A DNA stretch of 64,000 nt from the NCBI GenBank assembly GCA_016217965.1, contig JACRFI010000007.1, forward strand, positions 37,815-101,814. The letters run 5' to 3'. The notes below the pieces were generated by a model that was given only the letters and a program-made list of their open reading frames with translations, did no database searches and had not been told where the DNA came from. Position 1 is the first letter of the stretch. Each line of letters starts with the position of its first letter. This DNA comes from Candidatus Kaiserbacteria bacterium (GTDB lineage: Bacteria > Patescibacteriota > Minisyncoccia > Phycocordibacterales > UBA2100). A program made the position numbers and the translations under genes. Shown one piece after another: positions 1-9,481 of the stretch.

Positions 1-688
1 TGCGGGCATCTTGTCGGCAAGCCTCAGCAACATCTTCCTTGTGGGGGCGGTTGCCGCGCTTGGCTCTGTGTTTCTCGTATTTGGAGGGATGGACACAGCC
101 AGCACATTTGGAAATATGGGCTCGAGCCGTGAGATGACGATAGCGTCAATGATAGAGCCTGCTCTCTATGTATCCTTGGCATCTCTCGCGGCATTCGCCA
201 GCTTCTGGAGCCTTGATGGCATCGTGCTGTATTTCGCGAGCGTACCGATGTATACGACACTTCCTGCAGCGCTCTCCTTAATAGCGCTCGTCTTCGTGCT
301 GCTTGCAGAGAACGCAAGATATCCAGTTGATAATCCTGCGACGCACCTCGAGCTCACGATGGTCCATGAAGCGATGGTACTCGAGTATTCGGGCCCCTAT
401 CTCGCGCTCCTCGAATATGCATCGTGGATAAAACTTACGGCGATGCTCGCGTTAGTTGCGAACCTTGTATTTCCGTGGGGGATACTTGTTGCTCCTTTCG
501 CGGGTTTTGCATTTGTAGTTGCGCTTGCTGCATTTGTAATTAAGCTCGCACTTGGCGCGTTCGTTATCGCGTATATCGAATCAACAATCGTTAAGATGCG
601 TTTCTACCGCATGCAAGAGTACACGTCGCTCGCGCTCATCATCGCACTCGGCGGCCTCGCAGTTGTCCTTTTCACTTTTGCTATATGA
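1..688 (+). CDS. hyfC: HyfC/HycD/NuoH-like membrane subunit of an Ehr complex (5'-truncated by window edge)
   Basis: Motifs GSSREM, AENARYPVDNPATHLELTMVHEAMVLEYSG; very hydrophobic; frame runs to the window start. Confidence 0.9.
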   Translation, partial: AGILSASLSNIFLVGAVAALGSVFLVFGGMDTASTFGNMGSSREMTIASMIEPALYVSLASLAAFASFWSLDGIVLYFASVPMYTTLPAALSLIALVFVLLAENARYPVDNPATHLELTMVHEAMVLEYSGPYLALLEYASWIKLTAMLALVANLVFPWGILVAPFAGFAFVVALAAFVIKLALGAFVIAYIESTIVKMRFYRMQEYTSLALIIALGGLAVVLFTFAI

Positions 689-714
689 CTTCCTTTTCCA
701 CTCTAAGCGAACGC

Positions 715-810
715 AGGCAGGGCTATTTTGCCGTCTTCGCAGGCCTGACGAGGCCGAGACCGAGCGCGGCGAGAGCAGCGCCAGATAGCGACGGCAAAAT
801 AGCCCTGCCT
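715..810. repeat. Multi-hairpin palindromic element, family A, copy 1
   Basis: 21-bp perfect inverted arms AGGCAGGGCTATTTTGCCGTC / GACGGCAAAATAGCCCTGCCT; interior matches the reverse complement of 59646-59739. Confidence 0.85.
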
Positions 811-824
811 AGTGAGCTACACCT

Positions 825-1490
825 ATGATGATGCAAATCCACAACTTTGATCTGCCAACTCTGCTTGCAGGCGGCATGCTTCTCCTTTCGCTTATTATGG
901 TCAGCCGCATGCGGCTCGCATCGCTGGTTGGCACATTCCGTTACCAGAGCGCGCTCCTTGCCGCATACGCGCTTATTATTGCGGTTTCGCATGATGAGCC
1001 CGAGCTTCTCGCCGCGGCGTTGTTCATCGCGTTCATCAAAGTCGTCTTCATTCCGTCGTTCCTCCTCCGCGTCGCGAAGAAGAATCAGGTCAGTGAGCGC
1101 CTCGAATCATACGTGCGGCCGACAATGTCGACGGCAATAGGCGTAGGAGCAATACTTCTTGCCTTCGCCGGAGCGCGCGCCGTATTCGAAACGTTTGCGA
1201 CAGAAGCCAGCATCGCGATAGTTGCATGCGTATTCGCGCTTATCTTGACTGGGCTCATCCTTCTCATCACGAGAAAGGATATGTTTGGGGAGGCGATAGG
1301 CTTTCTCGTCATGGAGAATGGCGTATACGCGTTCGGGCTCGCGCTTACGGGAGGCATGCCCATTTTTGTCGAGCTCGCGATACTCTTTGACCTTCTCGCT
1401 CTCACTGTTCTCATCATTGCGCTTCTTCGCGTTGCACAGAAGGTGCACTCATCTGTCTCGACAGAAAACCTGCGTAGGTTAATTGACTAG
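825..1490 (+). CDS. hyfE: HyfE-like membrane subunit
   Basis: IKVVFIP, GFLVMENG, GMPIFVELAILFDL motifs; position between hyfC- and hyfF-like genes. Confidence 0.88.
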   Translation: MMMQIHNFDLPTLLAGGMLLLSLIMVSRMRLASLVGTFRYQSALLAAYALIIAVSHDEPELLAAALFIAFIKVVFIPSFLLRVAKKNQVSERLESYVRPTMSTAIGVGAILLAFAGARAVFETFATEASIAIVACVFALILTGLILLITRKDMFGEAIGFLVMENGVYAFGLALTGGMPIFVELAILFDLLALTVLIIALLRVAQKVHSSVSTENLRRLID

Positions 1491-1491
1491 T

Positions 1492-2955
1492 ATGGAAATA
1501 ACACTTCTTCTCGTGGTGACTCTCGTTGCGGCAGCGATGCCGTATCTAAGCCGCACGACAAAGCAGATTCGCGTCATAGCGATTATCGGCAGCACATGCG
1601 CATTCCTCCTCGCGCTGTTTGTTGGAGTCCCTGCACTCTTCGAGGAGGCAACAGTGGCGGGGGGCGGGCTTTGGTACATGGACGCACTGTCAGGATTCTT
1701 TGTGCTTCTCATTGGATTTGTGCAATGGACCGGAATGATGGCGAGTGTGTCGTACATGAAGCATGAGGAAGAAGAGGGAATTGTCGATGCGTCAAAAGTG
1801 AAGCGCTACTTTACGCTTTTCAATCTGTTCGTCCTTGCGATGCTTCTTTCTGTAGTCTCAAACAACACTGGAATCGTTTGGGCGGCACTGGAAGGCACGA
1901 CTCTTGTTACCACGTTCCTCGTCGGTTTTTATGACCGCAAAGAATCCCTCGAAGCGGCATGGAAGTATCTTATCCTTTGTTCGACTGGCATCACATTTGG
2001 GCTTCTCGGCATTCTCGTGATGTTCTACGCCGCTTCGGCGGTTGGCGCAGATAGTGTATCGGCGATGAGTTGGTCCAATTTGCTCTGGATGGGGGAGATG
2101 CTGCCAGAGAGCATCATAAAAATAGCGTTTGTTCTCATACTCATTGGATTTGGCACAAAAGTGGGCCTTGCTCCGATGCATGCATGGTTACCTGATGCAC
2201 ATTCGAGCGCACCTTCTCCCATTTCTGGAATGCTCTCAGGTGTTCTCCTTAATGCGGCTCTCCTTCCCATTCTCCGGTTCAAGGGCATCGTGGATGGGGC
2301 CGCAGCGCCCGGCTGGAGCGATCAATTGATGATAGCCTTTGGCGTTATGTCACTCGTTGTGCCAGCAGCGTTCATTCTGATTCAGCGTGATTACAAGCGG
2401 CTTCTCGCATACTCTTCAATCGAACATATGGGTCTCATAACGTTTTCCTCGGGCCTTGGGGCTGTTGGAGCGGTAGCCTCGGTTGTTCATATTGCGGGAC
2501 ACGCGCTTTCAAAGTCTGCACTCTTCTTCGGAGCAGGGAACATTCTTGCGGCGTATCGGAGCACGAAATTTGAGAATGTGTACGGCGTTGTGAAAGTCTT
2601 GCCATATACGGGCGCTCTCTTTTTAATTGCGCTCCTTGGACTTCTCGCTGTCCCGCCATCTCCGATATTCCTCAGCGAATATTTTATTGCCGCTGCGGCA
2701 ATACAGACGCATCCATATGCCCTAGCCGCCATCGGCGTTGCGCTCGCCGTTATATTTGCAGGCTTTCTCATGCTCCTTAGCCCCATGCTCTTTTCGAAGA
2801 AGGTTAGTGCGCAAGCGGAGGAGGGAGATGGCGAATCCTGGAACTTCTCGCACACAGGCATCACGCTTAACCTGCTCGTTCTCGTTGCACTCGGCATCTT
2901 TGTCTGGACGCGAGGGGGCGCGGAGATTGTGGCGAGAATAGCATCCCTGCTTTAA
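1492..2955 (+). CDS. hyfF: HyfF/NuoM/MrpD-like proton-translocating antiporter subunit
   Basis: WAALEGTTL, EAAWKY, GFGTKVGLAPMHAWLPDAHS, KRLLAYSSIEHMG; ATG at 1492 preferred over the ORF-track start at 1483. Confidence 0.9.
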   Translation: MEITLLLVVTLVAAAMPYLSRTTKQIRVIAIIGSTCAFLLALFVGVPALFEEATVAGGGLWYMDALSGFFVLLIGFVQWTGMMASVSYMKHEEEEGIVDASKVKRYFTLFNLFVLAMLLSVVSNNTGIVWAALEGTTLVTTFLVGFYDRKESLEAAWKYLILCSTGITFGLLGILVMFYAASAVGADSVSAMSWSNLLWMGEMLPESIIKIAFVLILIGFGTKVGLAPMHAWLPDAHSSAPSPISGMLSGVLLNAALLPILRFKGIVDGAAAPGWSDQLMIAFGVMSLVVPAAFILIQRDYKRLLAYSSIEHMGLITFSSGLGAVGAVASVVHIAGHALSKSALFFGAGNILAAYRSTKFENVYGVVKVLPYTGALFLIALLGLLAVPPSPIFLSEYFIAAAAIQTHPYALAAIGVALAVIFAGFLMLLSPMLFSKKVSAQAEEGDGESWNFSHTGITLNLLVLVALGIFVWTRGGAEIVARIASLL

Positions 2956-2963
2956 ATATTGAT

Positions 2964-4484
2964 ATGACAAAAGAATCACTTATGCACGAGCTACAGCTTA
3001 GAGGGGAGGGCACTTTGCAAGTGCCGCCGCAAGACCTGCGTATGCACGCAGAAATGTGTGTTGCGCTCGGTGCCCCGCTCGTTTTTATGTACGCAACCGA
3101 AGAAGCCAATGCATTCAGAGTGCATGCGGTGTTCTCCGCAGAAGACGGATTCATTACGCTCGCGAGCGATCTTCCAAAGAGCTCTCCCTCTTTTCCGTCT
3201 CTTACGCGCAGCATCATGGCTGCGCATTGGTTCGAACGCTTGATGCACGACCAATTTGGGATAGTGGCAAAAGAGCATCCGGATTGGCGCCGCCTTATGC
3301 ATCACGAGAATATTCCAGAGGGGACGCACCCAATGCGAAAGGAATTCATGTGGAACACGAAGCTAGATCACGCGAATGTGCCGTACCCAATGCACGCGGT
3401 GGAAGGAAAGGGTGTCTATGAGATTCCAGTAGGGCCGATCCACGCTGGCATCATCGAGCCAGGACATTTTAGATTTAATGTTCGCGGCGAACGGATACTG
3501 ACGCTTGAGGGCAAGTTGTTCTTCAAGCATAAAGGTGTCGAGAAATTGGTTGAAGGCAAGACGCCTGAAGAGGCGTTTCCCTTTATTGAAAGGATCTCTG
3601 GCGACATGGTAGTGGGGCATTCGCTCTGCTTTGCACAGGCCCTCGAGGAGGCATCCGGCATCACGATATCCGAGCGAGCGAAATATTTGCGCGTCCTCTG
3701 GAGTGAATTAGAGCGGGCGAGCGCGCACATATTCGATATCGGGAATATGGGCGGTATGGGGACCGGATTCACCTTTATGGCGGCGCAAGGATTTCGCATG
3801 GTGGAGGAGATGAGGCGCATGTATGCATCCCTCGTTGGACATCGATTCTTGCGGGGAGCAATAACAATCGGGGGTGCGCACGATATTGATGAATCAGGTG
3901 CTGCAGAGATTCTGAACACCATCGATCGCATAGAGCGCGAAATGAAGCGAATCCTCCAGATCGCATATGGCAGCGATGGGCTCATGGAACGGTTTGAAAC
4001 GACCGGAGTCTTATCGAACGAAGCAGCGAAGGCGTATGGCGCGCGCGGCGTGCCTGCGCGCGCATCGGGAGTCGCATTCGATGTTCGCACAGCACATCCG
4101 TACGCAGCATACAAAGAGCTCGGAGTGAACGTAGTAACAGAAAAAGTAGGCGATGTCGCGGCGCGCTTCAAGGTGCGCGATAGGGAACTCACTGAATCTT
4201 TACGCCTAATACGCGAGGTTCTCGCGAAGCTGCCGAAAGGCGAGGTGCAGGCTAAGATCGCGTTCAAAGAAGGGAGTGCACTAGGAGCTGTGGAGTCATG
4301 GCGCGGCGCAGTCATCAATTTCGTACGTCTCGACTCAAGCGGAAAGATAGACCGTTGCGCCATTTCTGACCCATCTTTCTGCAACTGGCCTCTTTTTGGC
4401 GAGATAGGACCAGGCAACATCGTTCCTGACTTTCCACTGTGCAACAAGAGCCTCAACCTTTCGTACTCGGGGACGGATTTGTAA
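2964..4484 (+). CDS. HycE/HyfG-like large subunit (NuoC+NuoD fusion) without NiFe-binding cysteines (EhrL type)
   Basis: VGPIHAGIIEPGHFRF; ERISGD replaces ERxCGIC; C-terminus PDFPLCNKSLNLSYSGTDL replaces DPCxxC. Confidence 0.9.
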   Translation: MTKESLMHELQLRGEGTLQVPPQDLRMHAEMCVALGAPLVFMYATEEANAFRVHAVFSAEDGFITLASDLPKSSPSFPSLTRSIMAAHWFERLMHDQFGIVAKEHPDWRRLMHHENIPEGTHPMRKEFMWNTKLDHANVPYPMHAVEGKGVYEIPVGPIHAGIIEPGHFRFNVRGERILTLEGKLFFKHKGVEKLVEGKTPEEAFPFIERISGDMVVGHSLCFAQALEEASGITISERAKYLRVLWSELERASAHIFDIGNMGGMGTGFTFMAAQGFRMVEEMRRMYASLVGHRFLRGAITIGGAHDIDESGAAEILNTIDRIEREMKRILQIAYGSDGLMERFETTGVLSNEAAKAYGARGVPARASGVAFDVRTAHPYAAYKELGVNVVTEKVGDVAARFKVRDRELTESLRLIREVLAKLPKGEVQAKIAFKEGSALGAVESWRGAVINFVRLDSSGKIDRCAISDPSFCNWPLFGEIGPGNIVPDFPLCNKSLNLSYSGTDL

Positions 4485-4502
4485 TTGCCGAGAAATTTTG
4501 GT

Positions 4503-6188
4503 CTATGCACCAGAATGAACGATCAACCGACGCGATTCCACGGTTCCTTTGGCAGCTCGGATGAGGCGCAAGTATAGCCTGAGATTTCGAGGTTGGCCGA
4601 ATCGGAGGCGATCGTCGCGGAATTCTCTCTCCGTTTCTGCTTTAAGAGCAGGTAAAAGTCCCCGCTCATCGACGACGATCTTATCGAGTCCTCTAAATAC
4701 TTTAACCTCATGTAATCGAATGCATTCACGCCTCTCTTCTGCGGTCAAACTCACCACCTCATTCGGATCCTCCACGATGCCCTTTATGATCGAACTATCT
4801 ATGCCAGCTTGAATGAGAATGTCCTCGTTTGTAAGGATTTTGACCGTATCTGGGTGGAATCGCTTAACAGGCTCTGGATGTTCCGGCTCGATCATGTCAT
4901 GCGGCTCTGCGCCGACAACAGCGTCAATGTAGATTTGCTTTGTGCGGTCCTCTCGGGACATGACCTGCTTCACGATTAATGGGACGTCGTGAACTATTTG
5001 TTGATGAATGAAAGGGAGGTCTCCCTCTGATATGTTCGTAATGCCTGCGACCAAGGTTGAACGATACACGACGGGTGGTTCCACTTTATTGTTAAGGATC
5101 TTGTTCGCGCGCTCTCCGATAGACACGTGCATGGTATTCGAAATGTGTTGGGGCACGTTGGACACATGGATCCCTCCTTTTTCGTCGATACGTACTCCAA
5201 CTCGGTCGTCTGCGCAGGATATCAGGACTTTTTTCATCTCCTCGTCGGGCTTTTCCGGCTTTGGCAGCGCTTTATTGAATCTGAGTATTGCAGCGTGCAC
5301 ATCTTGAAGCGCTGGTCTCTTTTCCCCCAAATATAAGGATCCTGATGCCTGTAGTTTCTTTTCTGGGTCCGGCACGATTTCTCCTTTTGAAAAATGATCT
5401 TTCAAGAACCTGTCATATCGTTGCGGAGGTGTGATAAGCCTCGGCTTGTCGGTTGCTGTCGACGTTCGACGCCCTTTAACGAGAACATTCTTTTTACCGT
5501 CCGTGGCCCAAGCGATAAGTGCTGCTTGCGCAAGTGCGCTCATCATGGCACGTGCCGTGTCGTTGCCATGCGCTCCGCAGCAATGCGCATCGTGTTCGTG
5601 GCCTCGGACAAGCGCTTCGTAATGATAGGTTGTTATATATTGGTCTGCTTCTCCAACATCTTGCATCACGTGGTGCTTCTGTAATTTATATGCGCCGGCG
5701 ATCCGCTGTCCAAGATATATCATTTGTGCGACCGGGTCTGGATCACGAGCCTTTTGCAGCCAGTCTTCGACGATCGTTTCCCATCTAATCGCCGCTTTAT
5801 CGGGTGATAGCGGTATTATCTCTCCTCCGGGTGCGCGAAGCCGAATGCAATGCTCGGATGCTTCAATGCCTTTTGTAAGCTCCAACAGTTCGGCAATAGC
5901 CTCAGATTTCCCCGTGGTGCTGGTCTCCCACTTGATGTCTTCCTGCAGCGAAGCAAGAGCTCCTTCTGGAGTTAACGGAAAAACAACGCGCAATATTTCA
6001 TCTTTGTCTCCGCCGATTATTGAAAACCCAGCTTTGAAACCCTGTAAAAAGAGTCCAACAGTCGAGCGCTGCTTTTCTATAGGCCATGGTTCGTGGCCTT
6101 GTTTTTGCCGTGTGAATTGTATTTGTATTTCTTCGAAAAGCTTCGCGGATTCTGGGAGCCGCAGAAGCGGTATTTCTTCGCCATTCAT
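4503..6188 (-). CDS. Hypothetical protein with beta-carbonic-anhydrase-like motifs
   Basis: 561-aa ORF containing YH...HCCGAHGND and, further downstream, ISCADDR. Confidence 0.5.
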   Translation of the reverse strand: MNGEEIPLLRLPESAKLFEEIQIQFTRQKQGHEPWPIEKQRSTVGLFLQGFKAGFSIIGGDKDEILRVVFPLTPEGALASLQEDIKWETSTTGKSEAIAELLELTKGIEASEHCIRLRAPGGEIIPLSPDKAAIRWETIVEDWLQKARDPDPVAQMIYLGQRIAGAYKLQKHHVMQDVGEADQYITTYHYEALVRGHEHDAHCCGAHGNDTARAMMSALAQAALIAWATDGKKNVLVKGRRTSTATDKPRLITPPQRYDRFLKDHFSKGEIVPDPEKKLQASGSLYLGEKRPALQDVHAAILRFNKALPKPEKPDEEMKKVLISCADDRVGVRIDEKGGIHVSNVPQHISNTMHVSIGERANKILNNKVEPPVVYRSTLVAGITNISEGDLPFIHQQIVHDVPLIVKQVMSREDRTKQIYIDAVVGAEPHDMIEPEHPEPVKRFHPDTVKILTNEDILIQAGIDSSIIKGIVEDPNEVVSLTAEERRECIRLHEVKVFRGLDKIVVDERGLLPALKAETEREFRDDRLRFGQPRNLRLYLRLIRAAKGTVESRRLIVHSGA

Positions 6189-6282
6189 AGGGACATTTTA
6201 ATGCATCGTTTCGCCCTTGTGCAAAGCGTTTCGTAGTGTCATAACAGAACGAAAAGTTAGAAGGTGGCCGAATCGTAGAGGC

Positions 6283-6858
6283 CTACGCATCCTTGTTTCT
6301 TAACTCGACAATGAATGGAGTCCCAGTTCGGAAAAGATTCTCTTCGGCGGCAGGTGTCTCCCGCATCTTTAGCTGATCTAGCTTTGTCCTGTACGACCTC
6401 CCTTCGTTGATCTCAGCAACGAGGCCGTATGCTCCATATTGGATGTTCTTGAGAAATGCAGAACGATCTGCAGCGAGGTTTTCTATGATAATTATCTTGC
6501 CATTCTTTGTTAGTTTCTTCTTAAGTCCAGGCAATATGTTTTCGAATACGTCTTCTGTAAGGCCTGATTTTTTGGCGCTTACGACGTTCGGGATGTAGAG
6601 TGCGCTTAAGTTCCCATCGTGGAGATTGGACGCAGAAAAATCTTGCAGACTCATTTTAGCTGCTGAGTCGGCTTTAACCTGTTCGCTGAGGCCCCATTTG
6701 TCTGGCGAAAACACGAATACATGAGCGCCATTTTTCATTTGCTCTTGAACGTCTAACGAAAGGTCGATAACGCTTCTTCCTTGTTTATCACCAGACCCAG
6801 CCTCCGCTATGACGCTCTCCGATTGTCGTTTTATGAAATCTCGCGGCCTATTCTGCAT
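6283..6858 (-). CDS. Hypothetical protein, possibly a degenerate class I SAM-methyltransferase fold
   Basis: VIAEAGSG resembles motif I; LKKKLTKNGKIIIIE resembles the LkpgG motif; TGCTATAGT -10 box just upstream. Confidence 0.45.
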   Translation of the reverse strand: MQNRPRDFIKRQSESVIAEAGSGDKQGRSVIDLSLDVQEQMKNGAHVFVFSPDKWGLSEQVKADSAAKMSLQDFSASNLHDGNLSALYIPNVVSAKKSGLTEDVFENILPGLKKKLTKNGKIIIIENLAADRSAFLKNIQYGAYGLVAEINEGRSYRTKLDQLKMRETPAAEENLFRTGTPFIVELRNKDA

Positions 6859-6915
6859 GAATCACTATAGCATCTTAATTACATGGCCTAGAAGCCGAAA
6901 TGCTACACTCGTCAC

Positions 6916-7806
6916 ATGTACTGGGGCGAAGATTTGGATGAACGGCTGTACGAGGGTATAGAAGAGACCCACATTGAGGGAATGGAGATTGACTCGAAGC
7001 TTCCGATTACCCACTGGAGCTATTCGTCTCTGATGTCGTTCCTTCGGAACCCGCTGGCATGGTACAAGCGCTATGTTGAGAAGGTGTATGACCAGCCGTC
7101 GTCGCCCGCCGGAATCATCGGGCGCGCTGCGCATGTTGCGCTGCAGCATTTTTATGGAGGCATCGCGAAAGAAGGGGCAATTCAGCTTGGCCTCGAGTAC
7201 CTGCGTGACGTGCCAGATTTCGAGGTGAATTTCGGAAAATCGGCAAAAACAAAGAAGGCGCGAAAAGAAAAGCGACAAGCGATGGAAAGGGAATATCTGC
7301 AGGCAATCGGCTTTTATCTAGAAAAGCCTCCTAAATACGATGTTGTGGGCATTGAAGTGAAGGCAACGACAAAAGTCGCTGGGCTCCCACTCCCAATCCG
7401 TGCGATCTCCGACCTTATCGTGAAGTCAACGGGAAGTCCGCCAGCCGGCGGAGCGCTCGACATCGTGGACCATAAGTTCGTCGATTATTTCAGCCCGCTC
7501 GGTGGGCAAAAAACGCTGTTCATCATCCAGGCGATATTCAATTACTACACCGTAAAGAATATGTATAAAAAGCCAGTGCGGAGATTCATCCTTCAGGAGT
7601 GCAGAAAGAAAAGGAATGCAGACGGCTCGAAGCAAATGCGCCGCTACAGTATCGAATACGATAACTGCAAGGAGGAATTTAAAATATTCCACCGCCTTAT
7701 TAACGATGCGACTGCAGAAATATCGCGCTCTCGCCTCTACCTCCCAAACCCTTCAGACATGTTCGAGGGAGAGAATTCTTTTGATATATACCGCCTCGGT
7801 CTATGA
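6916..7806 (+). CDS. PD-(D/E)XK nuclease family protein (RecB/AddB/Cas4-like)
   Basis: WSYSSLMSF..NP, GRAAHVALQ, E, ISDL, IVDHK, Q..xY pattern. Confidence 0.8.
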   Translation: MYWGEDLDERLYEGIEETHIEGMEIDSKLPITHWSYSSLMSFLRNPLAWYKRYVEKVYDQPSSPAGIIGRAAHVALQHFYGGIAKEGAIQLGLEYLRDVPDFEVNFGKSAKTKKARKEKRQAMEREYLQAIGFYLEKPPKYDVVGIEVKATTKVAGLPLPIRAISDLIVKSTGSPPAGGALDIVDHKFVDYFSPLGGQKTLFIIQAIFNYYTVKNMYKKPVRRFILQECRKKRNADGSKQMRRYSIEYDNCKEEFKIFHRLINDATAEISRSRLYLPNPSDMFEGENSFDIYRLGL

Positions 7807-7812
7807 CCGAGG

Positions 7813-7922
7813 AATTTTAAATTTACAGTTCTCAATTTCCAATGAATTTTCAATGTTCCAATGTTTGAAAATTGATTCATTGAGACATTGATTGAAAATT
7901 GCAAAATTGAGACTTGAAAATT
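7813..7922. repeat. AT-rich ~110-bp dispersed repeat, family B, copy 1
   Basis: Closely similar to 11393-11500 and to the reverse complement of 13859-13966; built from AATTTTCAA / TTGAAAATT units. Confidence 0.9.
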
Positions 7923-7932
7923 TAGACCGCTT

Positions 7933-8709
7933 TTATTCTAAAAGCGTATCGATAAGCCCCTTCACTACGTTATAGGGTTGTGCACCTTCAAGCGGTACCT
8001 GATCTCCGTTGACAATGAGTATCGAGTGCGGAGTGCCTTGTCCGCCTGCAGCAGCGACTTCGTTGTAGTCCGTTGATACACGAGATGCGTACTTGCCGCT
8101 TTGGATGCAATTCTCGAATTGCTCGACATTAAGCCCGAGCTCTTTCGCGAAATCAGAGAGCTGCCCTGCGTCGGTATTGCTGCGAGGCGCTTTTTGCGCG
8201 TAGTACGGTTCGCCGTCTGGTCCAACAGGAACTTCTTTAGGGGAGTTGTGAACACCGATATCGAGCGCGTTGTTTGAACCTGTTTTTTCATACACCATGT
8301 CGGTGAATTTCCAGAACGTTTCGTTGCCTCCTTGCTCAGCCGCACATTCAAGCGCTTCAGCCTCTTTAGGTGCTTTAGGGTGGAGTTGCTCGATGGGGAA
8401 ATGACGGTATACCCATGCCACTTTCCCGCTCGAGCCGTACTCGCTGACTATTTGGTGCATTGTCTCATGGAATTGTTTGCAAAATGGGCATTCAGGATCA
8501 GAGAATTCGACTACTACGATCTCTGCTTCCGGATTTCCGAGGATATGATCATCGGCTTGGACAGTTCGGATCTCGGTCAAAACCTGTCCCTCACCCGGCC
8601 CCGCCGGCCCTGCAGCCTTGTTGCTATTCACATAAAATAGTGCCGCAGCTATCATCGCCCCTGCGATGACGATAGAAATTGGGACGGAGAACTTTTGTAA
8701 TGCTTCCAT
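7933..8709 (-). CDS. DsbA/BdbD-family thiol-disulfide oxidoreductase
   Basis: N-terminal TM anchor, EFSDPECPFC, YRHFP, GTP cis-Pro, GAQP. Confidence 0.9.
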   Translation of the reverse strand: MEALQKFSVPISIVIAGAMIAAALFYVNSNKAAGPAGPGEGQVLTEIRTVQADDHILGNPEAEIVVVEFSDPECPFCKQFHETMHQIVSEYGSSGKVAWVYRHFPIEQLHPKAPKEAEALECAAEQGGNETFWKFTDMVYEKTGSNNALDIGVHNSPKEVPVGPDGEPYYAQKAPRSNTDAGQLSDFAKELGLNVEQFENCIQSGKYASRVSTDYNEVAAAGGQGTPHSILIVNGDQVPLEGAQPYNVVKGLIDTLLE

Positions 8710-8756
8710 GTTGGGTTATTGAACGATAAAAGTCTGGTAAGTGTACCGCAGGGGAT

Positions 8757-9329
8757 TCAAAAACCAAGTGTCTGCGTCAGCGCCGCGGTTTTACCCGACA
8801 GCCAGCGCGAAGTGTCAAGTTTTACGTCCTTCACTGTCCCTAGCTCCTTGAATTTCAATGAGCCATTCTTGACCGCGTAGTCGAAAATCTTCTTGGTTAT
8901 CTCTACGTCCTTGATGCAATACTCTCGCAGCTTCTTGATGTTTCCTTCTTTCCACCAGCGCATAGCATCGAGCCCGCTGCCACTCTTTTTCGATCCCAAT
9001 GTGCCTGCCGCTATTGAATCAAGCTTTACTCTTCGTCCCAATACGTTCGATACCTCCGCAAGAAGATCGATGGAACGCATCGTCGAGAGGTCGCCTGGAT
9101 AATATTTGTTCAAAATAGGGATGTCGAAGTGGTCGGAATTGAAGCCGACCAAGACATCCGCCTGCTCGAACAGTTTCCAGAGTCGCGGGAGGTCCTCTTT
9201 CAAGAACGAATCAAATGAATCCATCGCAGAATCGTGTGTACAGCAGATGGTGAGTTCGAGGTCTTTCAAATCAAACCCGCCTCGAGAGAACCCGCCGATG
9301 GTTTCGATGTCGAACGTGACGATTCTCAT
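8757..9329 (-). CDS. DEDD/RNase H-like 3'-5' exonuclease (YprB/RNase_H_2-like)
   Basis: FDIET, GFNSDHFDIP, YCIKDV. Confidence 0.85.
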   Translation of the reverse strand: MRIVTFDIETIGGFSRGGFDLKDLELTICCTHDSAMDSFDSFLKEDLPRLWKLFEQADVLVGFNSDHFDIPILNKYYPGDLSTMRSIDLLAEVSNVLGRRVKLDSIAAGTLGSKKSGSGLDAMRWWKEGNIKKLREYCIKDVEITKKIFDYAVKNGSLKFKELGTVKDVKLDTSRWLSGKTAALTQTLGF

Positions 9330-9450
9330 CCCGTTAGAAGTAGGAAGCCTGCGCTTCCGACTTGTTAATGGCGTTTATAACACATCGACACATAATTATT
9401 GCAGCATTAAAGTCTGACCACGTTTCTAACTTCCGTAACTTCTAACGGGA
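9329..9450. repeat. Inverted-repeat-bounded element, family D variant
   Basis: 13-bp perfect arms TCCCGTTAGAAGT / ACTTCTAACGGGA. Confidence 0.65.
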
Positions 9451-9481
9451 CGGATCGGGAAGAGTATAGCAGATACATATA

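Noticed and set aside
2964-4484. Functional NiFe hydrogenase large subunit
   Set aside because: Both CxxC metal-binding motifs are missing.
3416-4510. 364-aa antisense ORF (and similar long antisense ORFs over purL, purB and the P-type ATPase)
   Set aside because: These are shadow frames of well-supported genes with no motifs of their own.
6916-7806. Cas4 / CRISPR adaptation gene
   Set aside because: It lacks the four Fe-S cysteines and any cas context; a generic PD-(D/E)XK nuclease is the better call.
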